From a virus, in IMG/VR virus record IMGVR_UViG_3300020204_004581: a stretch of DNA of 64,000 bases; one strand, written 5' to 3'. Made by a program: the position numbers and the translations under genes. Positions 29,204 through 37,841 of this stretch are shown here, one piece after another (position 1 is the stretch's first letter; every line of letters starts with the position of its first letter). The notes under the pieces are model-generated. The model was not told where the DNA came from. It made no database searches and saw only the letters and a program-made list of their open reading frames with translations.

Positions 29204-29505
29204 ATCTCTTCGATTCTTTTAGATTTATCACAAATGTATAAATCGTAGTCAGGTTTTTGGTTCATAATTAATTCTGTAAATTTACATCCCCAATCTTTTA
29301 ACTGTTTTTTTGTTATATCAGTGTGGTCTACCTTTGTTGACATTCCTCGGGCGGTGTAATAAATTATTCTATGACCTTCGTCGTATAACTTGTTAATTTT
29401 TTCAATGTTTTCATATAAAGGTTGTGCATCTGAATATGGTTTGGATATGGTACAAATAGTGCCATCAATATCAACGTAAATTATTTTTGACTGTCTCCCT
29501 TCCAT
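29200..29505 (-). CDS. minimal HAD-family phosphatase (capsule-biosynthesis type)
   Basis: YVDIDGT, YTARG, KP.YDLYICDK. Confidence 0.88.
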   Translation of the reverse strand: MEGRQSKIIYVDIDGTICTISKPYSDAQPLYENIEKINKLYDEGHRIIYYTARGMSTKVDHTDITKKQLKDWGCKFTELIMNQKPDYDLYICDKSKRIEEI

Positions 29506-29885
29506 ACTCTATAAGAATCTGAATCAAAATGTTGTGTTGATACTTCGAACACTTCTCCATCTGTTAATGCCTCCAATTGGTGTGGTTGACCTGGTAATTG
29601 TCTTACAGTATCTCCAGGTTTCAAATTGATTTCCATTACCTCGGCAGTTTCAACATCAATCCATCTATAAATAAATTGACCTAAATTGACATACCAAGTT
29701 TCATCCTTGATCATATGGTAGTGCATAGAAAACTTAGCACCTTTCTTGAAGACTAAAACTTTACCACAATATAGTGGGTCATTTATGATTATAATTTCAT
29801 GTCCCCATCCCTTAGGAATTTTGCATTCGGGACATTCATGTACGTTAATTACTGTTGGTTTTTTCATTTTGAACTTTTGTTTCAA
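29481..29885 (-). CDS. cupin, sugar(-phosphate) isomerase-like
   Basis: KGWGHE, SMHYH..KDETW, PHQL, EVST..FDSDSYR. Confidence 0.85.
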   Translation of the reverse strand: MKQKFKMKKPTVINVHECPECKIPKGWGHEIIIINDPLYCGKVLVFKKGAKFSMHYHMIKDETWYVNLGQFIYRWIDVETAEVMEINLKPGDTVRQLPGQPHQLEALTDGEVFEVSTQHFDSDSYRVWKGDSQK

Positions 29886-29918
29886 AATAAACTTAACCCA
29901 TGCACTTGTAATGTGAAT

Positions 29919-29946
29919 AAAAAAGGGAGGTTTAATCCTCCCTTTT
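29919..29946 (-). terminator. intrinsic terminator (potentially bidirectional)
   Basis: aaaagggagg-tttaat-cctccctttt 10-bp stem, 11 nt downstream of the stop at 29958. Confidence 0.85.
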
Positions 29947-29957
29947 AGTTTATAAAT

Positions 29958-32900
29958 TTATCTTTGGTATTCAACTTTAATTTTATCAATATCTTTACGT
30001 TCACCGAAGATTAAATAAGAGACATTTATATCACCTGTTGTCGAATCAATGTAAACCTTGTTATCTTCAACTTTCAATATAAAATGTTGAGTTCCGTTTC
30101 CGATTGGAGTAAGTTGTACTGTAATTGACTCTTCATGAACTAATCCTGTCCAATATTCAGGTAACTCAATAACATTTTTGTTGGTATTGCCTCTAAGGTA
30201 AACCCCATTTTCAGGTCCTTCCAATACACCGTATCTCAGTCTGAAACCTTCTTTTGTTGGGTGTGTAATATCAAAGGACTTTTGGGTCGCGGAGAAGTTT
30301 CCATCGATTATGAAATCTGTACCATCCCATGTTACTTTCTCCTCGCATTGAATATCCTGAGATCCAGTACATGTTAGCATGTAGTTGTTGTTGTTATTCA
30401 GAATTGTTGCAGCTCCTGATGTTCCTGAAGAACCTGAAGATCCGCTCGAACCTGATGAACCTGAACTACCTGAAGTACCACTAGATCCTGATGTACCTGA
30501 TGAACCTGAAGATCCACTTGTTCCACTAGATCCTGATGTTCCTGAAGAACCTGAAGATCCGCTCGTACCTGAGGAACCTGAGCTACCTGAAGTACCACTA
30601 GATCCTGAAGTACCTGATGAACCTGAAGATCCGCTCGTACCTGAAGAACCTGAAGATCCACTTGTTCCACTAGATCCTGATGAACCTGATGTTCCTGAAG
30701 AACCTGAAGATCCGCTCGAACCTGAACTACCTGAAGTACCACTAGATCCTGATGTACCTGATGAACCTGATGTTCCTGAAGAACCTGAAGATCCGCTCGA
30801 ACCTGATGAACCTGAACTACCTGAAGTACCACTAGATCCTGAAGTACCTGATGAACCTGATGTTCCTGAAGAACCTGAAGAACCTGAAGATCCGCTCGTA
30901 CCTGATGAACCTGAACTACCTGAAGTACCACTAGATCCTGAAGTACCTGATGAACCTGATGTTCCTGAAGAACCTGAGCTACCACTTGTTCCTGAAGACC
31001 CTGAGCTTCCTGAAGTTCCACTTGTTCCTGAAGAACCTGAGCTACCACTTGTTCCTGAAGACCCTGAGCTTCCCGAAGTTCCATCTGTTCCATTACTACC
31101 ACTTGTTCCTGAGCTTCCGCTAGTACCCGAACTACCACTTGTTCCTGAAGAACCTGAAGATCCGCTCGAACCTGATGAACCTGAACTACCTGAAGTACCA
31201 CTAGATCCTGATGAACCTGATGTTCCTGAAGAACCTGATGAGCCTGAGCTTCCCGAAGTTCCATCTGTTCCATTACTACCACTTGTTCCTGAGCTTCCAC
31301 TAGAACCTGAAGTGCCACTTGTTCCTGAAGAACCTGAGCTACCACTTGTTCCTGAAGACCCTGAGCTTCCTGAAGTTCCACTAGATCCTGAGGTACCTGA
31401 TGAACCTGATGTTCCTGAAGAACCTGAGCTACCACTTGTTCCTGAAGACCCTGAGCTACCACTTGTTCCTGAAGACCCTGAGCTACCACTCGATCCTGAA
31501 GTCCCATCTGTACCATTACTACCACTTGTTCCTGAAGTGCCACTAGACCCTGACGAACCACTGGTACCGCTTGAACCTGATGATCCACTTGTACCACTGG
31601 ATCCTGATGTTCCTGAGGAACCACTTGTGCCACTAGATCCTGAAGATCCGTCTGTACCGTTACTACCACTTGTTCCTGATGTTCCAGAACTTCCTGATGA
31701 ACCACTCGTACCTGAACTTCCTGATGTTCCAGAGGTTCCACTAGATCCTGAAGATCCGCTCGTGCCGCTTGAGCCTGAGCTACCTGAGCTACCATCAGTT
31801 CCTGATGAACCCGAAGAGCCTGAGCTACCTGATGTTCCTGAACTACCTGAGCTACCTGATGTTCCTGAGGAACCACTTGTGCCGCTAGATCCTGAAGATC
31901 CACTTGTGCCGCTAGATCCTGAAGATCCACTTGTGCCGCTAGATCCTGAACTACCATCAGTTCCTGATGAACCCGAAGAGCCTGAGCTACCATCAGTTCC
32001 TGATGATCCTGAGCTACCTGATGTTCCTGAGGAACCACTTGTGCCACTAGATCCTGAAGATCCACTTGTGCCGCTAGATCCTGAAGATCCACTTGTGCCG
32101 CTAGATCCTGAACTACCATCAGTTCCTGATGAACCCGAAGAGCCTGAGCTACCATCAGTTCCTGATGATCCTGAGCTACCGCTTGTTCCTGATGAACCCG
32201 ATGAGCCAGATGTACCTGAGCTACCACTTGTTCCTGATGAACCAGATGTTCCTGAGGTTCCGCTAGAGCCTGATGTTCCAGATGAACCAACACAAACTCC
32301 TTGATATGTAATTGAAAAACCTACGAGGTCTGGACCGGAAACTGTTCCAACTATCGCACAAATTTCTTGTGTTGTACCGTTTGCGATAGAAGCACTAACT
32401 GATGTTCCTGAACAATCAGTATACGTGTAATTTTGGGAAACTCCAGTTGTATTCGAAATTAAAAAACTACCACATGTTTGTCCACTAGTTCCTGATGTGC
32501 CAGATGTTCCTGAGCTACCACTTGAACCACTTGTTCCTGAGCTTCCGCTAGAACCAGATGTTCCTGATGAGCCAGATGTTCCTGAAGAACCTGAGCTACC
32601 ACTTGTACCTGAAGAACCTGAGCTACCACTAGTTCCTGAAGAACCAGATGTCCCTGAAGAACCATTTGTTCCTGATGTTCCATCTGTACCATTACTACCG
32701 CTTGTTCCTGAAGAACCACTTGTACCTGAGCTTCCTGATGTCCCACTTGAACCGTCTGTACCATTACTACCTGAAGTACCAGAAGTTCCTGAAGATCCGC
32801 TTGTACCACTTGATCCTGAAGTACCATCTGTACCGTTGGAGCCTGACGTACCTGAGGATCCACTTGTACCACTTGATCCTGAAGTACCATCTGTACCATT

Positions 32901-35900
32901 ACTACCACTTGTTCCTGACGTTCCCGATGAACCAGAAGTTCCTGAAGAACCTGATGTTCCATCTGTACCATTACTTCCACTTGTTCCTGATGTACCAGAT
33001 GAGCCAGAAGTTCCGCTCGAACCACTTGTACCATCTGTACCGTTGCTTCCTGAAGTACCAGAAGTTCCTGAAGATCCACTTGTTCCGCTAGATCCTGAAG
33101 TGCCATCTGTACCGTTGCTTCCTGAAGTACCAGAAGTTCCTGAAGATCCACTTGTTCCGCTAGATCCTGAAGTGCCATCTGTACCATTACTTCCTGATGT
33201 ACCAGATGAACCAGAAGTTCCGCTCGAACCACTTGTTCCATCCGTACCATTACTTCCTGAAGTGCCTGATGTACCAGATGAACCAGATGTTCCTGAGGAA
33301 CCACTTGTTCCGTCTGTACCGTTACTACCACTTGTTCCTGATGTGCCAGATGATCCAGAAGTTCCTGAAGAACCTGAGGTACCATCTGTACCATTAGATC
33401 CTGAAGTTCCTGATGTTCCACTTGAACCAGATGTTCCTGAAGAACCACTTGTTCCGTCTGTACCGTTACTTCCACTTGTTCCTGATGTTCCACTCGAGCC
33501 AGATGTTCCTGAAGAACCAGATGTCCCTGAAGAACCATTTGTTCCTGATGTTCCATCTGTACCATTACTACCACTTGTTCCGGAAGATCCACTTGTACCG
33601 CTAGATCCTGAAGTTCCTGAAGAACCTGATGTTCCATCTGTACCATTACTTCCGCTTGTTCCTGATGTACCTGATGAGCCAGAGGTTCCTGAAGAACCTG
33701 ATGTTCCATCTGTACCATTACTTCCGCTTGTTCCTGATGTACCTGATGAGCCAGAGGTTCCTGAAGAACCGCTTGTTCCATCCGTACCATTACTACCACT
33801 TGTTCCTGATGTGCCAGATGATCCTGATGTACCTGAGCTACCATCAGTTCCTGACGAGCCTGAACTACCTGAAGTGCCTGAACTACCTGAAGTACCATCA
33901 GTTCCTGATGTACCTGAGCTACCACTTGTTCCTGATGAGCCAGAAGTTCCTGAGGAACCTGAGCTTCCACTTGTTCCTGATGAACCAGAAGTTCCTGAAG
34001 AACCTGAGCTACCGCTTGTTCCAGATGAACCTGAGCTTCCTGAGGAACCACTTGTTCCACTCGAGCCTGATGTTCCAGAACTTCCAGCATCGGCTACTAA
34101 ATTCCAATCAGCTCCTCCTGCTGGTATTTCGTTTTGATTATCATTTATAGCAATGTATGAGCTTCCACTATAATATACAACATCATTCCTTGAGTAAAAT
34201 GTACCCATGGAGAACTCTCCCTCCCATGCGAAACTTGTTCCTGAAGAACCACTTGTTCCACTAGATCCTGAAGATCCACTCGTACCGCTAGAGCCTGAGC
34301 TACCTGAAGTACCTGAGCTACCATCAGTTCCTGATGAGCCTGATGAGCCTGATGTTCCTGAACTACCATCAGTTCCTGATGTGCCTGAGCTACCATCAGT
34401 TCCTGATGTTCCTGAAGAACCACTTGTCCCACTAGATCCTGATGTACCTGATGAGCCTGAGCTACCATCAGTTCCTGATGAGCCTGATGAGCCTGATGTT
34501 CCTGAACTACCATCAGTTCCTGATGTGCCTGAGCTACCATCAGTTCCTGATGTTCCTGAAGAACCACTTGTTCCACTAGATCCTGATGTACCATTAACAC
34601 CACTTAAACCTGATGTTCCTGATGTACCTGAGCTACCATCAGTTCCTGACGAGCCTGAACTACCTGAAGTACCTGAACTACCTGAAGTACCATCAGTTCC
34701 TGATGTACCTGATGAGCCAGAAGTTCCTGAAGAACCGCTTGTTCCATCCGTACCATTACTACCACTTGTTCCTGATGTGCCAGATGATCCTGATGTGCCT
34801 GAGCTACCATCAGTTCCTGACGAGCCTGAACTACCTGAAGTACCTGAACTACCTGAAGTACCATCAGTTCCTGATGTACCTGATGAGCCAGAAGTTCCTG
34901 AAGAACCGCTTGTTCCATCCGTACCATTACTACCACTTGTTCCTGATGTGCCAGATGATCCTGATGTGCCTGAGCTACCATCAGTTCCTGATGAGCCTGA
35001 TGAGCCTGATGTTCCTGAACTACCATCAGTTCCTGATGTGCCTGAGCTACCATCAGTTCCTGATGTTCCTGATGATCCACTTGTTCCACTAGATCCTGAT
35101 GTACCTGATGAACCTGATGTTCCTGAGCTACCATCAGTTCCTGATGAGCCTGATGAGCCTGATGTTCCTGAACTACCATCAGTTCCTGATGTGCCTGAAC
35201 TACCATCAGTTCCTGATGTTCCTGAAGAACCACTTGTTCCACTAGATCCTGAAGATCCACTCGTACCGCTAGAGCCTGAGCTACCTGAAGTGCCTGAGCT
35301 ACCATCAGTTCCTGATGAGCCTGATGAGCCTGATGTTCCTGAACTACCATCAGTTCCTGATGTGCCTGAGCTACCATCAGTTCCTGATGTGCCTGAAGAA
35401 CCACTTGTTCCACTAGATCCTGAAGATCCACTCGTACCGCTAGAGCCTGAGCTACCTGAAGTGCCTGAGCTACCATCAGTTCCTGAAGTACCTGAGCTAC
35501 CATCAGTTCCTGATGTACCTGAGCTACCTGAAGTACCTGAGCTACCATCAGTTCCTGATGTTCCTGAAGAACCACTTGTTCCACTAGATCCTGATGTACC
35601 TGATGAACCTGATGTTCCTGAGCTACCATCAGTTCCTGATGAGCCTGATGAGCCTGAACTACCATCAGTTCCTGATGTGCCTGAGCTACCATCAGTTCCT
35701 GATGTTCCTGAAGAACCACTTGTTCCACTAGATCCTGAAGATCCACTTGTGCCGCTAGATCCTGAACTACCATCAGTTCCTGATGAACCCGAAGAGCCTG
35801 AGCTACCATCAGTTCCTGATGAACCCGAAGAGCCTGAGCTACCATCAGTTCCTGATGATCCTGAGCTACCATCAGTTCCTGATGTTCCTGAAGAACCACT

Positions 35901-37823
35901 TGTTCCACTAGATCCTGAAGATCCACTTGTGCCGCTAGATCCTGAACTACCATCAGTTCCTGATGAACCCGAAGAGCCTGAGCTACCATCAGTTCCTGAT
36001 GAACCCGAAGAGCCTGAGCTACCATCAGTTCCTGATGATCCTGAGCTACCTGAAGTACCTGAGCTACCATCAGTTCCTGATGTTCCTGAGCTACCATCAG
36101 TTCCTGATGAGCCTGATGAGCCTGATGTTCCTGAACTACCTGAAGTACCAGAAGAACCATTTTGATTTACTATGTTAATAGTACCAATCATACCCGCATG
36201 ATTAGCACATTGATATACTATACTGCTTGGAGCATCCGCTGGAACTCTATAAATTATTAAAACACTAGTGTTAGCTTTTCCATTTACAGGATCGTTGTTG
36301 GTTGTACCCGGCACAGCTGATGTATCACCTGATGATAATCTTAAAGCAAACGGATGACTTGTTGAAACAGCACTTACATTAAAGTAATACAACTGTCCCC
36401 TTACTATAGTAAGAGTCGGAAAGTTACCAGCATATCCACTAATAGTATAATTTGAACCTGCACTAGTTACTGTAAATAATTGACCGCCTTCAATACCACT
36501 TGTTCCACTAGATCCTGAAGATCCACTCGTACCGCTAGAGCCTGAGCTACCTGAGCTACCTGAGCTACCTGAGCTACCTGAGCTACCATCAGTTCCTGAT
36601 GAGCCTGAGCTACCATCAGTTCCTGATGTTCCTGAAGAACCACTTGTTCCACTAGATCCTGATGTACCTGATGAACCTGATGTTCCTGAACTACCATCAG
36701 TTCCTGATGAACCCGAAGAGCCTGAGCTACCATCAGTTCCTGATGAACCCGAAGAGCCTGAGCTACCATCAGTTCCTGATGTTCCTGAAGAACCACTTGT
36801 TCCACTAGATCCTGATGTACCTGATGAACCTGATGTTCCTGAACTACCATCAGTTCCTGATGAACCCGAAGAGCCTGAGCTACCATCAGTTCCTGATGAA
36901 CCCGAAGAGCCTGAGCTACCATCAGTTCCTGATGTTCCTGAAGAACCACTTGTTCCACTAGATCCTGATGTACCTGATGAACCTGATGTTCCTGAACTAC
37001 CATCAGTTCCTGATGAACCCGAAGAGCCTGAAGTACCATTAACCCCACTTATACCTGAAGTTCCACTTGTTCCTGATGAACCTGAGCTACCACTTGTTCC
37101 TGAATTGATCCCTGTCACCTGTACGGAGGTTCCATCACTATTATTCAAAGTAAGTGTAGATGTCCCACTATTGTAAGTTCCTCCGGTTACTGTGCCTGTA
37201 AACCCTGTAATTGAAACTGATGTTCCATCATTATCTGATAAAACTAAAGTTGTAGTCGCAGAAAAATATGTACCACCTGTAATTACGGTGTCGTTCATAT
37301 TTGCAATTCTCCAACGTGCATTTGCTCTAGTAACCCCACCAACACCTTCAATTGTAGATCCTGTCCATACATTTACGAAATTTTGACCTGCAACTGTATT
37401 TGTATAACACTGATATCCCGTTTCTGAGTCTCCAACCAATGAACCCGAAGCTTCCGCAGCATCCCACAATGCGGCGTAGTTGTCTATCTCATATTGATAC
37501 GTCGTCTCAGCAGAGATGACGTATACCATCATACCTAAACGTCTTCTACCACAAGAAATCTCGTCGGTTTCTATGGTCACTGCGTTTGGTGAAGAAAGCG
37601 GTGTTCCATATGTGAAATTAATTGGTATTGTATTTCCTGAATACAAAATTGTACCTGAACTACCATCAGGAATCGTAAATTCGAGGTCCTGATGAGAAAA
37701 AACTTCCATGTAGCCTCCAATGGAGTACACGCTGAAGTTGGTACCTGTATTGTTATCTAACGTGACGGTATCTGCGCCTTGTAAGATAACTGCTGAAGTG
37801 GGATTTCGATACTCAAAGCTCAT
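29958..37823 (-). CDS. giant Gly-X-X (GSS/GTS/GTD/GSN) repeat fibre protein with inserted globular modules
   Basis: 2621-aa uninterrupted ORF with Gly at every third position over about 2000 aa. Inserts are cupredoxin-like, CBM5/12-like and Cys modules. The C-terminal KSFDITHP..LRYGVLEGPE.GVY.RG domain is typical of aquatic phage fibres. Confidence 0.85.
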   Translation of the reverse strand: MSFEYRNPTSAVILQGADTVTLDNNTGTNFSVYSIGGYMEVFSHQDLEFTIPDGSSGTILYSGNTIPINFTYGTPLSSPNAVTIETDEISCGRRRLGMMVYVISAETTYQYEIDNYAALWDAAEASGSLVGDSETGYQCYTNTVAGQNFVNVWTGSTIEGVGGVTRANARWRIANMNDTVITGGTYFSATTTLVLSDNDGTSVSITGFTGTVTGGTYNSGTSTLTLNNSDGTSVQVTGINSGTSGSSGSSGTSGTSGISGVNGTSGSSGSSGTDGSSGTSGSSGTSGSSGTSGSSGTSGTDGSSGSSGSSGTDGSSGSSGSSGTDGSSGTSGSSGTSGSSGTSGSSGTSGTDGSSGSSGSSGTDGSSGSSGSSGTDGSSGTSGSSGTSGSSGTSGSSGTSGTDGSSGSSGTDGSSGSSGSSGSSGSSGSSGTSGSSGSSGTSGIEGGQLFTVTSAGSNYTISGYAGNFPTLTIVRGQLYYFNVSAVSTSHPFALRLSSGDTSAVPGTTNNDPVNGKANTSVLIIYRVPADAPSSIVYQCANHAGMIGTINIVNQNGSSGTSGSSGTSGSSGSSGTDGSSGTSGTDGSSGTSGSSGSSGTDGSSGSSGSSGTDGSSGSSGSSGTDGSSGSSGTSGSSGSSGTSGSSGTSGTDGSSGSSGTDGSSGSSGSSGTDGSSGSSGSSGTDGSSGSSGTSGSSGSSGTSGSSGTSGTDGSSGTSGTDGSSGSSGSSGTDGSSGTSGSSGTSGSSGTSGSSGTSGTDGSSGTSGSSGTSGTDGSSGTSGTDGSSGTSGSSGSSGTSGSSGSSGTSGSSGTSGTDGSSGTSGTDGSSGTSGSSGSSGTDGSSGTSGSSGSSGTSGSSGSSGTSGSSGTSGTDGSSGTSGTDGSSGTSGSSGSSGTDGSSGTSGSSGTSGSSGTSGSSGTSGTDGSSGTSGTDGSSGTSGSSGSSGTDGSSGTSGSSGTSGTSGSNGTDGTSGSSGTSGSSGTSGTDGTSGSSGTSGSSGSSGTDGSSGTSGSSGTSGTSGSNGTDGTSGSSGTSGSSGTSGTDGTSGSSGTSGSSGSSGTDGSSGTSGTSGLSGVNGTSGSSGTSGSSGTSGTDGSSGTSGTDGSSGTSGSSGSSGTDGSSGSSGTSGSSGTSGSSGTSGTDGSSGTSGTDGSSGTSGSSGSSGTDGSSGTSGSSGSSGTSGSSGSSGTSGSSGTSFAWEGEFSMGTFYSRNDVVYYSGSSYIAINDNQNEIPAGGADWNLVADAGSSGTSGSSGTSGSSGSSGSSGTSGSSGSSGTSGSSGTSGSSGSSGTSGSSGTSGSSGTSGTDGTSGSSGTSGSSGSSGTDGSSGTSGSSGTSGTSGSNGTDGTSGSSGTSGSSGTSGTSGSNGTDGTSGSSGTSGSSGTSGTSGSNGTDGTSGSSGTSGSSGTSGSSGTSGSNGTDGTSGTNGSSGTSGSSGTSGSSGTSGTSGSNGTDGTSGSSGTSGSSGTSGTSGSNGTDGTSGSSGTSGSSGTSGTSGSNGTDGTSGSSGTSGSSGTSGTSGSNGTDGTSGSSGTSGSSGTSGSNGTDGTSGSSGTSGSSGTSGTSGSNGTDGTSGSSGTSGSSGTSGTSGSNGTDGTSGSSGTSGSSGTSGTSGSNGTDGTSGSSGTSGSSGTSGTSGSNGTDGTSGSSGTSGSSGTSGSNGTDGTSGSSGTSGSSGTSGTSGSNGTDGSSGTSGSSGTSGSSGTSGSNGTDGTSGTNGSSGTSGSSGTSGSSGSSGTSGSSGSSGTSGSSGTSGSSGSSGTSGSSGSSGTSGTSGTSGQTCGSFLISNTTGVSQNYTYTDCSGTSVSASIANGTTQEICAIVGTVSGPDLVGFSITYQGVCVGSSGTSGSSGTSGTSGSSGTSGSSGTSGSSGSSGTSGSSGSSGTDGSSGSSGSSGTDGSSGSSGTSGSSGSSGTSGSSGSSGTSGSSGTSGSSGSSGTDGSSGSSGSSGTDGSSGSSGTSGSSGSSGTSGSSGSSGTSGSSGTSGSSGSSGTSGSSGSSGSSGTDGSSGSSGSSGTSGSSGSSGTSGTSGSSGTSGSSGSSGTSGTSGSNGTDGSSGSSGTSGSSGTSGSSGTSGSSGSSGTSGSSGSSGTSGTSGSNGTDGTSGSSGSSGSSGTSGSSGSSGTSGSSGSSGTSGSSGTSGSSGTSGSSGSSGTSGSSGSSGTSGTSGSSGSSGTSGSNGTDGTSGSSGSSGSSGTSGSSGSSGTSGSSGSSGSSGSSGSSGTSGSSGTSGSSGTSGSNGTDGTSGSSGSSGTSGSSGSSGTSGTSGSSGSSGTSGSSGSSGTSGSSGTSGSSGTSGSSGSSGTSGSSGSSGSSGTSGSSGTSGSSGTSGSSGSSGSSGSSGSSGTSGSSGTSGSSGTSGSSGSSGSSGSSGTSGSSGSSGTSGSSGSSGTSGSSGSSGTSGSSGTSGSSGSSGTSGSSGSSGTSGSSGTSGSSGSSGTSGSSGTSGSSGSSGSSGSSGSSGTSGAATILNNNNNYMLTCTGSQDIQCEEKVTWDGTDFIIDGNFSATQKSFDITHPTKEGFRLRYGVLEGPENGVYLRGNTNKNVIELPEYWTGLVHEESITVQLTPIGNGTQHFILKVEDNKVYIDSTTGDINVSYLIFGERKDIDKIKVEYQR
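30410..37100 (-). repeat. 9-nt-periodic coding repeat with higher-order duplications
   Basis: For example 35701-35870 equals 35881-36050 (180-nt period); the blocks starting at 34630 and 34801 have a 171-nt period. Confidence 0.9.
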
Positions 37824-37841
37824 TTTTATTTATTTTTTGTG

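Noticed and set aside
30385-36165. Long plus-strand ORFs (PEVPELP, 546-652 aa) and alternative minus-frame ORFs (QVHQEL)
   Set aside because: Shadow frames of the 9-nt Gly/Ser/Thr repeat. They start and stop with the repeat blocks and have no unique domains.
30410-37100. Possible CRISPR array or non-coding satellite
   Set aside because: No constant repeat with unique spacers; the repeats are in-frame codons of one ORF.
6389-37823. Eukaryotic giant-virus origin (PLOD-like, collagen-like and glycosylation genes)
   Set aside because: The gp6/gp25 baseplate, T4-like replication genes, ATGA-coupled operons and bacterial promoters/terminators indicate a bacteriophage.
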